A stretch of DNA of 22,010 bases, taken from assembly GCA_042218075.1 (NCBI GenBank), contig JBDGRK010000023.1, forward strand, positions 1 through 22,010, read 5' to 3'. The position numbers were made by a program, and so were the translations under genes. Under the pieces are notes generated by a model. It did not search any database. It saw only the letters and a program-made list of their open reading frames with translations, and was not told where the DNA came from. Of the stretch, positions 10,031 through 17,217 are shown in pieces. The DNA is from Candidatus Nanohaloarchaea archaeon (lineage in GTDB: Archaea; Nanohalarchaeota; Nanosalinia; Nanosalinales; Nanosalinaceae). Each line of letters opens with the position of its first letter. Position 1 is the stretch's first letter.

Positions 10031-10057
10031 CAAGGCTGTAACCTTGACTTTTAAATA
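10031..10057 (-). promoter_or_regulatory. TATA box plus palindromic operator of the RHH operon
   Basis: TATTTAAAAG (10057-10048) and CAAGG-N6-CCTTG (10031-10046) between the TATA and the ATG. Confidence 0.6.
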
Positions 10058-10087
10058 AGGAAGTGTTTCAAAAGACACCCACACTCC

Positions 10088-10139
10088 AAAAGCCAAAAGA
10101 AAAGAAGAAAAAATTGGTTGGCGGGTAAAAGCCCGCCAC
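10088..10139 (-). terminator. Hairpin plus long oligo-T terminator after the 307-aa gene
   Basis: TGGCGGG/CCCGCCA 7-bp stem (10120-10139) followed on the minus strand by TTTTTTCTTCTTTTTCTTTT. Confidence 0.75.
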
Positions 10140-10162
10140 TCTACACGGCAGAAGTCACTTCA

Positions 10163-11086
10163 TCAGTTGAACGTTACAGACTTCGTAAACGTCGAAGCCG
10201 TAAACGCCGGAGTATCACTGTCATCCTGAATACCGTGCGCCAGCCTGTCATTCTGGTTGATAAACGGCGCACTCTGCGCGATCTTGATCGTCGCAGACTC
10301 ACCGTTCGTGCCATCACTATCAGCAGTCACAACCAGCTTACCAGACTTAACTGACTCGTAACCCCCTAGAAGCGGCTTACCCTTTCCAGCGTCGTACACC
10401 CGGAAAGCGTAGTCATACGAGTCAGCGAACGCATCCGGAACAGCAATCGACTTAGCATTCGGCATCTCAACGTTCGAAACGTTGGTCTTGTCAGCTACAT
10501 CGACTGCTACAACCTCCGGATTCGCAGCAACATTCGAGGCCGAAACCTCAGTCTCAATGCCGTTGAAAGCGTACTGCTCATCAGAGCCGAGGTTGACTGA
10601 CGTAGTCGAATCACCGTTCTCATCGAACAAGGTGATCGAAATGTCAGCCGACGCTGCTTCCTCATACACGTTGAGGTTCTTCAAGACGTTCTCACTGTCA
10701 ATCATTCCAGTGATAGCCTGTCCCCACTCGTAAGTGTCGGAGAAGGCAACCGTCTTATAGTCCTCACCTGTGTTGTAGTTGGTGAAGTCAGTTCTGCTGG
10801 ATGCAGATCCACTCTTCGATCCAAGGTAGACCGTGGTTCCGTCACTGGTCTTCCAGCTGTAAATGCTTGGAGCGACCTGAGTAGACGAATCCTGCGTCTG
10901 ATCGAAAGCAGCTACCGACAGAGTCGAAGACTTACCTGCCTCAATCTTGTTCGTTCCATCGTTCGGACTCTGCTGCCCGGAAGGAGCCGAAAGCTGCGGC
11001 ACAGAGATCACGCCAGCACCGAGAGCGACCGCAAGGCCGACAACTGCGGCAAGCGCAATCGACTGGTTCGTACTCATTCCCATCAA
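10163..11086 (-). CDS. N-terminally anchored beta-rich protein, candidate major structural protein, ~307 aa
   Basis: First gene of the leftward arm, perfect SD (11093-11100), own strong terminator, N-terminal TM and an all-beta-like remainder. Start is TTG 11086 or ATG 11083. The major-protein role is inferred. Confidence 0.7.
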   Translation of the reverse strand: MMGMSTNQSIALAAVVGLAVALGAGVISVPQLSAPSGQQSPNDGTNKIEAGKSSTLSVAAFDQTQDSSTQVAPSIYSWKTSDGTTVYLGSKSGSASSRTDFTNYNTGEDYKTVAFSDTYEWGQAITGMIDSENVLKNLNVYEEAASADISITLFDENGDSTTSVNLGSDEQYAFNGIETEVSASNVAANPEVVAVDVADKTNVSNVEMPNAKSIAVPDAFADSYDYAFRVYDAGKGKPLLGGYESVKSGKLVVTADSDGTNGESATIKIAQSAPFINQNDRLAHGIQDDSDTPAFTASTFTKSVTFN

Positions 11087-11280
11087 AAAATCTCACCTCC
11101 GTATTCACCTGTATAAGCGGTTTTGACTTTTCCAGGCGGTACTTCATTTCCCGCCCGGCGTTCACCTAAGAACGGCATACCACAACTCCAGGATCTGTTT
11201 ATATCGCGCCACCCGCTGACGGGGCGTTCGCTTTGTTTGAGATACCTGGATTCGGACAAAAAAGCCATCGCCGGTTTCAC
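11087..11280 (-). ncRNA. Structured 5' leader RNA candidate (also an open 65-codon frame)
   Basis: Nested helices 11155-60/11269-74, 11172-76/11264-68, 11187-96/11240-50 and 11207-26; begins ~23 nt after a TATA box. Confidence 0.5.
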
Positions 11281-11302
11281 ACTGTAGTTTATAACAAAAG
11301 CT

Positions 11303-11312
11303 CTTTATAAAA
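11303..11312 (-). promoter_or_regulatory. TATA box of the leftward (structural) arm
   Basis: TTTTATAAAG on the minus strand; predicted TSS ~11280. Confidence 0.65.
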
Positions 11313-11495
11313 CATACAGAGAAAAACCATCATTTTGAAAACACTAATACATCCTGCTAATGTTCGTTTTATTCGACGAAGGCGTAGAAACCTACGCACA
11401 GACAAATTAAAAAGGAGAAAATCGCAGCGACCTTCTGGACTGTAGACTTTCTCGTATTGCAGTCTGGTTTTGTGACGGTAAAGTGTTCGCTCGAG

Positions 11496-11503
11496 TATAT
11501 AAA
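11496..11503 (+). promoter_or_regulatory. TATA box of the rightward (replication) arm
   Basis: TATATAAA 31 nt upstream of ATG 11535. Confidence 0.65.
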
Positions 11504-11534
11504 TACAGATTAACAATTGTTGATTAGAAGAAAA

Positions 11535-11759
11535 ATGCAACACAAATCAGCCCCACTCAACTCAGACTTCCAAATCATCGGAGGATCAATCTTCCTCAAA
11601 CTCGACCAAAACGCAATCGAATACCTCGACCTAGAACACCTCAAACACGAAGACACACAAAACAAAACACAAGCCAAAATAATGATGGAAATCAACCCAG
11701 ACGGCGAAAAATACATCTCAGCCTGGAACCCAAAACACCCCTCCCAAGACCAACAGTGA
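11535..11759 (+). CDS. Small protein, possible AbrB-like swapped-hairpin DNA-binding fold, 74 aa
   Basis: IIGGSIFLKLD...EYLDL...KYISAW pattern; ATG 11535 fits the promoter better than TTG 11517. Confidence 0.5.
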   Translation: MQHKSAPLNSDFQIIGGSIFLKLDQNAIEYLDLEHLKHEDTQNKTQAKIMMEINPDGEKYISAWNPKHPSQDQQ

Positions 11760-11956
11760 ACCTCTGGACCTACACCAAGATCAAAGAACTCCGCAAGAAG
11801 CACCGAAACGGAAACGACCTCACCGACAACGAACTCCAAAAACTCCGGCAGTACATTCAGATCAAGCAACAAGCACCAACCAACACCGGAGAGCAACTAG
11901 AAAAACTCCGCAAAGCAGAATCACTCTACTACCGCATCACAGGTGAAGAACTCTGA
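11756..11956 (+). CDS. Hypothetical helical protein, 66 aa
   Basis: GTGA overlap with the upstream gene; its end encodes the SD of the next gene (GEEL). Confidence 0.65.
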   Translation: MNLWTYTKIKELRKKHRNGNDLTDNELQKLRQYIQIKQQAPTNTGEQLEKLRKAESLYYRITGEEL

Positions 11957-14085
11957 CACAAGCCCTAGACGAAGAATTCGGAAAAACCCGGCAATTCTAC
12001 GTACAAAAACTAAAACGCGCAGGAAAACAACAACTAGCCGAGCGAATCGAAGAAATAGCACCAACCAAAATCACAAACAACGGCTACATAGAATCACTGA
12101 TCGATCAACACCCAGAAGTCTCAGGTGATCTAAAAGCCCTCAAAATAGAAGTAGAAGACCTTAAAAACGATGGAGGGTACAACTGGAAGGACTACTTCGA
12201 ACAGAACGCACGCGGCGGCTGGGACTTCATACCTGAGAAACTGGGAGATGACATAGACGAGGACTTCATCTTCAAATACGTCGTAGAAGAAGACGCAGAC
12301 ACCCTCTACTACTACAACGACGGCATATTCTCAGAATACGGAGTATCCAAAGTCAAAGACGAGGTTCAACGACGGCTAGACGGCAGCAACAAATGGAACC
12401 CCAACATAGCCCGAAAAACCGTTGAATACATCAAAAACAAAAACCAAGTCAAGAAAGAGGACTTCAAGCCTCCTAAAAACAAGATCCCGTTCGAGAACGG
12501 CGTCTACTGCCTAGAAGACAGCGAGTTCAAAGATTACCAACCGAAGTATAACTTCACCTTCAAATACAACGCCAGCTACCGCCCTGAACTCGACGACAAC
12601 AGCGTCCACGAATTCCTCACCACAATCCAAGACACGGAAGAGGACATCAAGAAGCTGAAAGAAATCACAGGGCTGTGCATGATGCCGGACATCCCCATCG
12701 ACAAGGCACCTATCCTGTTCGGGAAAGGCGCGAACGGGAAGAACCAGTACGTAAAGATCAACCGCAAGATACTCGGTGAGAAGAACTGGCACGAACTGAA
12801 CAACACCGATATCAGCGAAGACAAGCACGCCACAGCCGAGCTGGAAGGGAAGCAGATGGTGTTCTACGACGAGTTCGAGGACGTTTCCAGTCCAGGCAAG
12901 TTGAAGCACTTGATAGGAGCTGAGAACATGCGTGTTCGCCCAATGAGGAAGGAAGGATACACGATCACGAACCGGGCGTATCCGATTTTCGCTGCGAATA
13001 CGTTGCCTCGTACATCGGATCAGTCGAAGGGCTTCTTCCGGCGGTGGGAGATTATCGAGTTCCCGTTCCAGTTCACTAAGGATGACGACCATCACAAGGA
13101 TTTGATTCCTGAGTCTGAATTGGAGGATCGGTACATGAATCAGGACGCACTCGACGCTTATGCTACTGAAGCGGTACAACACCTCGAAAACGTACTTGAA
13201 GACAGTAAACTCACAAACGAGCAGAACACCGCCGAAGTAAAGCACAGATGGAACCAAAAAGCAAATCCAATCTACAGCTTCATCGACAACTTCCTAGAAC
13301 AAGGAGAACTCCCCGACCACGACGGAACAGGCGAAGTAGACTACATCACGAAAGACAACCTCACAGAAATCATCAACGTCTACATGGACGCCCTAAACAC
13401 CAGCCATGTTCAGAAACACGAGGTCACACACGCTCTCCAGAACCACGCCGATCTCAAAGTCCAGACTGACTACAGACCGCAGCTAGAAACCGGCGAGAGA
13501 CCGACAGCGTACGCAGGAATCAATTTTACTTCGGACTGTGACACCGATGTCAAGGGTAAACCCCTTGTAACAACGCGTGCGTCGGCGCGCCTGCGCGACT
13601 TTTCTATGCGCCGGTCTACCCTTGTCATTGGTGTCAAGGAGAATTTGGTTAGCGTTTATAATTATCTGGATTCGGTTGCGGACGGAGCTGCGGGCTTGTT
13701 TGAGCTTGTGCGTGAATGTGAGTTGTCGGAATCGGATGTGAGGGATTTGATGGAGTCTGATTTCTTTGTGGCTTCTGGAGATTCGGTTGATGGTTTTTGC
13801 TGTCCTCGGTTTGAGATTGATGAGGATGCGGTGGCAACGGCTCTTGAGGAGTCAGATGCTGAAACTTTGAGGGTTGATGGAGACGAGCAACTGATGCGTC
13901 CTCGTGATTGGATCAGGGTGGAGATCGAGGATTGGTCGAATGATACCTATGTTGATGTGCAGGAGTTGGTTGATGATGCTGTGGATGAGGGTTTCGGTGA
14001 GTCGGCGGTTGAGGATGCTTTGGATCGGTTGGTGGATGATGGTGTGTTGTATCGTCCTGAGCCGGGTAAGGTGTCGAAGCTCTGA
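11953..14085 (+). CDS. D5/P4-like superfamily 3 helicase with C-terminal winged helix, ~710 aa, CTG start
   Basis: Frame is open from 11947. D5_N-like motifs LYYYNDGIF and IPFENGVYCL lie upstream of the track's ATG (12679). Walker A GKGANGKN, Walker B MVFYDE, motif C IFAAN, GFFRRW; C-terminal VEDALDRLVDDGVLYRPEPG. Confidence 0.85.
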   Translation: MTQALDEEFGKTRQFYVQKLKRAGKQQLAERIEEIAPTKITNNGYIESLIDQHPEVSGDLKALKIEVEDLKNDGGYNWKDYFEQNARGGWDFIPEKLGDDIDEDFIFKYVVEEDADTLYYYNDGIFSEYGVSKVKDEVQRRLDGSNKWNPNIARKTVEYIKNKNQVKKEDFKPPKNKIPFENGVYCLEDSEFKDYQPKYNFTFKYNASYRPELDDNSVHEFLTTIQDTEEDIKKLKEITGLCMMPDIPIDKAPILFGKGANGKNQYVKINRKILGEKNWHELNNTDISEDKHATAELEGKQMVFYDEFEDVSSPGKLKHLIGAENMRVRPMRKEGYTITNRAYPIFAANTLPRTSDQSKGFFRRWEIIEFPFQFTKDDDHHKDLIPESELEDRYMNQDALDAYATEAVQHLENVLEDSKLTNEQNTAEVKHRWNQKANPIYSFIDNFLEQGELPDHDGTGEVDYITKDNLTEIINVYMDALNTSHVQKHEVTHALQNHADLKVQTDYRPQLETGERPTAYAGINFTSDCDTDVKGKPLVTTRASARLRDFSMRRSTLVIGVKENLVSVYNYLDSVADGAAGLFELVRECELSESDVRDLMESDFFVASGDSVDGFCCPRFEIDEDAVATALEESDAETLRVDGDEQLMRPRDWIRVEIEDWSNDTYVDVQELVDDAVDEGFGESAVEDALDRLVDDGVLYRPEPGKVSKL
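13539..13636. other. Candidate replication origin: 24-bp inverted repeat with GC-rich spacer inside the helicase gene
   Basis: TGACACCGATGTCAAGGGTAAACC (13539-62) vs GGTCTACCCTTGTCATTGGTGTCA (13613-36), 21/24 complementary, at the A/C-to-G/T skew flip. Confidence 0.6.
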
Positions 14086-14143
14086 ATACGGAATGGGTTT
14101 GAATGGGTAAAGGTATTTAAACGGTGAGTGTCAATGTTGGTAT

Positions 14144-14257
14144 ATGAGCGTGAGACGCGTACTGGAACGGTTTGGCTTGAATAGCCGTGAAGAAGTTGAA
14201 ATCGAGTTCACTGACAGCGTTGAGAAAGGCTACGTCGTCCGGGAAACCGGTAGGTGA
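14144..14257 (+). CDS. Microprotein, 37 aa, leaderless
   Basis: TATTTAAA (14114-21) 22 nt before the ATG; MSVRRVLERFGLNSREEVEIEFTDSVEKGYVVRETGR. Confidence 0.55.
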   Translation: MSVRRVLERFGLNSREEVEIEFTDSVEKGYVVRETGR

Positions 14258-14262
14258 ATTCA

Positions 14263-14421
14263 GTGGGTAGCAGTGGGAGAGTTGTTGTTGATGAGCGTGG
14301 CCGGGTGACCATCCCTCAGGATCTCCGGGATCAGTATGGTATTGATGAAGGGGATGTACTTGAGTTCAGTTTGGAGCCGAAGGCGGTGTTCCGGCCTGCT
14401 TCGGAGGTAGGGGATCAGTGA
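14263..14421 (+). CDS. AbrB/MazE/SpoVT-family DNA-binding protein, 52 aa (not in ORF track)
   Basis: VVVDERGRVTIPQDLRDQYGIDEGDVLEF is the canonical AbrB signature; GGTGA 5 nt before the GTG. Confidence 0.9.
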   Translation: MGSSGRVVVDERGRVTIPQDLRDQYGIDEGDVLEFSLEPKAVFRPASEVGDQ

Positions 14422-14522
14422 GTCTGGGTTACATGGAGGGAGTGCATTTTGTATCAGTCACTGATTTTGCTTCGACGGTGGAAGGTGCTCGGAGCAAGAG
14501 GGAGGTGCATGCTTTATGTTGA
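14418..14522 (+). CDS. Possible microprotein, 34 aa
   Basis: GTGA overlap, GGAGGT upstream; no motif recognised. Confidence 0.35.
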   Translation: MSLGYMEGVHFVSVTDFASTVEGARSKREVHALC

Positions 14523-14655
14523 ACGCTGAGAAAGAATGTTTTGAAGGAGGGGGGAAACGGGTTTCACGGTTATCGTGTGTGTGCGACGTGTCTGTGCCTG
14601 GCCGAGTTGGTTGCTTGGTCAGGCCTTCTACCTGTATCTTTAAAGGTGATTATGT

Positions 14656-15006
14656 ATGAGTGAAAACGGAGATTCTGACGACGTTGTGTTTGAGCCTGAT
14701 GAAGAGGCTGAAAAATCTGTAGAGGATGTCAACTGGACTGAGTATCAGAGTTCGTCGAACTTCTTCAAGCCTGAGGAAGAGGGCGAGGAAATCGTTGGCG
14801 TGGTTTCCGGTACTGAGGAGACTCAGTACGGTGACGCGGTTGTCATTAAGCTGCGTGACGGCGGTGAGAAGCTGGTGAATTATCAGGCGATCAATGATGA
14901 CCTGAAGGAGAATCAGGGCGAGCTTGTAAGGTTGATTTATCAGGGTGATGAGTCTGGTCCGAATGGTCATTACAAGACGTTCAAGTTGATGGTGGCGGAT
15001 CAGTGA
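14656..15006 (+). CDS. Putative OB-fold single-stranded DNA-binding protein, 116 aa
   Basis: FFKPEEEGEEIVG...YG...GELVRLIYQG...YKTFKL beta pattern recalled from archaeal virus SSB-like proteins; acidic N-terminus; lies next to the helicase; GGTGA-N6-ATG. Confidence 0.55.
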   Translation: MSENGDSDDVVFEPDEEAEKSVEDVNWTEYQSSSNFFKPEEEGEEIVGVVSGTEETQYGDAVVIKLRDGGEKLVNYQAINDDLKENQGELVRLIYQGDESGPNGHYKTFKLMVADQ

Positions 15007-15275
15007 GTCGGTTTTGTGAGCCGTTTGTGACGCGGGAGGGTGATACCGGCCTTCCCGCTGTCGCTGTTCCTTCGAAGGGTAAGCGGTTGGTGTTGAAGCC
15101 GGATACTCCTGTTTCTGTGGTGGATGATGATTTGCCTGCGTTGTTGGAGGAGCTTCGGTCAGGTGTTTCTGTGGATCGGGTTGCTGAGGATTTTAGTTGT
15201 GTTGGTTATGTGCGTGATCTGGAGCGTGCGTTGGAGGCGTTTAATGAGGTGGTTTCGTTTTCCCGGTTTGAATAG
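15003..15275 (+). CDS. DUF433-like HTH protein, 90 aa
   Basis: ALLEELRSGVSVDRVAEDF...DLERAL resembles the DUF433 pattern; GTGA overlap; T-tract follows the stop. Confidence 0.5.
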   Translation: MSRFCEPFVTREGDTGLPAVAVPSKGKRLVLKPDTPVSVVDDDLPALLEELRSGVSVDRVAEDFSCVGYVRDLERALEAFNEVVSFSRFE

Positions 15276-15426
15276 TTTTTTTGGTATGTATCCGGTGTAG
15301 GTTTTAGGTAGTTTTGATAGGCAGATCTCGTGACTTATAAGGTAATATCTGTGTGTTATGTTTCTATGTTCATTCTACTAACGAATCGATGATAGATATA
15401 TAAAAACTATTCTGGAATATTGGTTT

Positions 15427-15705
15427 ATGGTCAGAGATAAGATAGGCCGCGAGAAGTTTTACACAGTACCATTCAAAAGCGCGCAGGGAGCTAGAGGTTA
15501 TGCCGGTATTATCGTCCCAGCATCTAGCAAGGATTCAGCGAAGCGGACGGCTCAGATTCATACCCAGAATATGATGCCGGAGCCTCCGCAGCTGAAGAGG
15601 TCGGCAGCTCATGTATCAACGGCGAAGGAGATCGACAACTCTGAGATGACTGGTGGCGGTGCTGCTCGGCAGCAGTACGTTGTGGCGGACGAGAGGATTG
15701 AGTAA
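15427..15705 (+). CDS. Hypothetical protein, 92 aa, leaderless
   Basis: TATATAAA at 15397-15404, 22 nt before the ATG. Confidence 0.7.
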   Translation: MVRDKIGREKFYTVPFKSAQGARGYAGIIVPASSKDSAKRTAQIHTQNMMPEPPQLKRSAAHVSTAKEIDNSEMTGGGAARQQYVVADERIE

Positions 15706-15798
15706 ATCCCTTGTCCGTCTTCATCGTCTTTGGAACTCAAATCTGCTGAAGATACGGATTGGAGTTAATTATTTAAAGAATACTGATAAGAAGATTTT

Positions 15799-16050
15799 AT
15801 GCCGAAGATAAAGAACTGGAGTAGGATTGAAAATCCTACCGATGCCCTCGAATGGCATCACGACGACCGACCTAACGACCTACCGAAAGAAAACCGCAGA
15901 GGAAAATTCTACTTGAGAAGAACACCGCCAAAAGGCCGGTGGAAACTAACAGGATTTACTATAAACGGTGAACCTGTGGCTGACGAGTATGTAGAGAATA
16001 AAGAAGAAGGAAGAAAAAAGGCTGTTAGAATGATGCGCCGGAATCCTTGA
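15799..16050 (+). CDS. Basic hypothetical protein, 83 aa, paralog of 16598-16891
   Basis: TATTTAAA at 15770-77; C-terminus NKEEGRKKAVRMMRRNP. Confidence 0.75.
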   Translation: MPKIKNWSRIENPTDALEWHHDDRPNDLPKENRRGKFYLRRTPPKGRWKLTGFTINGEPVADEYVENKEEGRKKAVRMMRRNP

Positions 16051-16060
16051 GGAATTTATT

Positions 16061-16330
16061 ATGAAAAATAGAACAGTCTACAAATTAGTGAAAAAGAACG
16101 GTGACGAGGAAAGAGTCAATAGCAAAAAAGTAGCTCTTACAAAGTATAACAGCTCAGACTATCACGGTGGAAACCCGTGGGCTGGAGTGATTAGGCAGAG
16201 ACAGGAGAAGTCGAAGGATGGTTTTTTCTACACGAAGAAGACCACTGTTTTGAGAAATCGAAGCGCCTGGGTTGCTGATAAATATAGGATAAAAGCTGAG
16301 GGAAGTAGCATGGAATTTGAGGTAGAATAG
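16061..16330 (+). CDS. Basic hypothetical protein, 89 aa
   Basis: GAGGA upstream; K/R-rich. Confidence 0.65.
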   Translation: MKNRTVYKLVKKNGDEERVNSKKVALTKYNSSDYHGGNPWAGVIRQRQEKSKDGFFYTKKTTVLRNRSAWVADKYRIKAEGSSMEFEVE

Positions 16331-16331
16331 T

Positions 16332-16478
16332 ATGGCAAAACAGGAATTTGAGTGTGATAACTGTATGGAGACTTTTTATACTGAGAAGAAAAATCAAGAG
16401 TGTTCTAACTGCGGGGCTGATGCAGTTAGCAAGATTGTCCGAGATCTAAATCAGGAAGAGGATACACTTTCAGTTTAG
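16332..16478 (+). CDS. Zn-ribbon microprotein, 48 aa (not in ORF track)
   Basis: MAKQEFECDNCMETFYTEKKNQECSNCGADAV...; two CxxC motifs; GAGGT upstream. Confidence 0.75.
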   Translation: MAKQEFECDNCMETFYTEKKNQECSNCGADAVSKIVRDLNQEEDTLSV

Positions 16479-16500
16479 CAGTTTTGAAGCTCTTATCTAC

Positions 16501-16522
16501 TGAGAGTGTTCGACCACTCTCA
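16501..16522 (+). terminator. Perfect 8-bp hairpin after the small operon
   Basis: TGAGAGTG-TTCGAC-CACTCTCA. Confidence 0.5.
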
Positions 16523-16597
16523 ACATATTTGTCTTACACATCTGCTTAAGATCGCAATTGAGTTAAGTATATAAAGAATCTTACCACTTGATAAGAT

Positions 16598-16891
16598 ATG
16601 TCGAGTCCACAAGGTTGGAGACGCAACAAGAAGATTGAAAGAAAGAAACAAAACCTACACTATTACTGGGAAAACCCTGAAATACCAGATAACAATTTCA
16701 TTAAGATAAGCGAACAGTCATCTCCATATCAGTCAGGAGGAACATTCTATAGCATTTCTGGAATGTACAAAGGAAGATCTATTGGGGGTGGCTTCTTTTC
16801 TGGTGGAGATATAGGCAACCAGACCTACTCAAACAAGGAAGAAGCCAGAAAAGATGCAATCAGGTTTATGAGAAATCACAAAATAAAGTGA
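16598..16891 (+). CDS. Basic hypothetical protein, 97 aa, paralog of 15799-16050
   Basis: TATATAAA at 16568-75, 22 nt before the ATG; C-terminus NKEEARKDAIRFMRNH. Confidence 0.75.
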   Translation: MSSPQGWRRNKKIERKKQNLHYYWENPEIPDNNFIKISEQSSPYQSGGTFYSISGMYKGRSIGGGFFSGGDIGNQTYSNKEEARKDAIRFMRNHKIK

Positions 16892-16898
16892 TTTATTT

Positions 16899-17132
16899 AT
16901 GTTACCTTCTAATGCTGTAAATCCGGTAGAAAGACAGAGACGGGAGAAAATTAGAAAGGAGAAATCTGATCACTACTGTAATTGGTGCTATAAGCAGAAA
17001 GATCCTGATAAAAGTATCTGCGTTGATTGTGAACGCAGCGTGAAGAACGATTTAATGATGCAACACCAAGAACATTCAAAAGATTCTCCTGACTACTATT
17101 GTCCACACTGTCGAGAGAAAGACTGGATTTAG
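16899..17132 (+). CDS. Zn-finger protein, 77 aa
   Basis: CNWC, CVDC, HxxH and CPHC. Confidence 0.7.
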   Translation: MLPSNAVNPVERQRREKIRKEKSDHYCNWCYKQKDPDKSICVDCERSVKNDLMMQHQEHSKDSPDYYCPHCREKDWI

Positions 17133-17217
17133 CATTTTTGTGCCGCTTATCTGCTGAGTGTGAAATAAAGGCCTTTTGATTTTTAGATTTAAAAATAAGT
17201 TTTGCTAAAGTGGTTAT

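Noticed and set aside
1-11086. Assignment to Pleolipoviridae, Caudoviricetes or a jelly-roll virus family
   Set aside because: No recognisable fusogen/NTPase cluster, terminase, portal, HK97 or jelly-roll capsid, or packaging ATPase by eye; needs profile searches.
11382-11397. Small hairpin GCGTAG-AAAC-CTACGC between the divergent promoters
   Set aside because: A single 6-bp stem is expected by chance; no second copy seen.
11943-12128. 61-aa Arg/Thr-rich ORF
   Set aside because: Out-of-frame overlap with the extended helicase frame; composition is a skew artefact.
12511-13257. 248-aa minus-strand ORF (also 11510-11896, 14650-14970, 18569-18913, 19882-20265)
   Set aside because: Hydrophobic mirror translation of acidic plus-strand genes.
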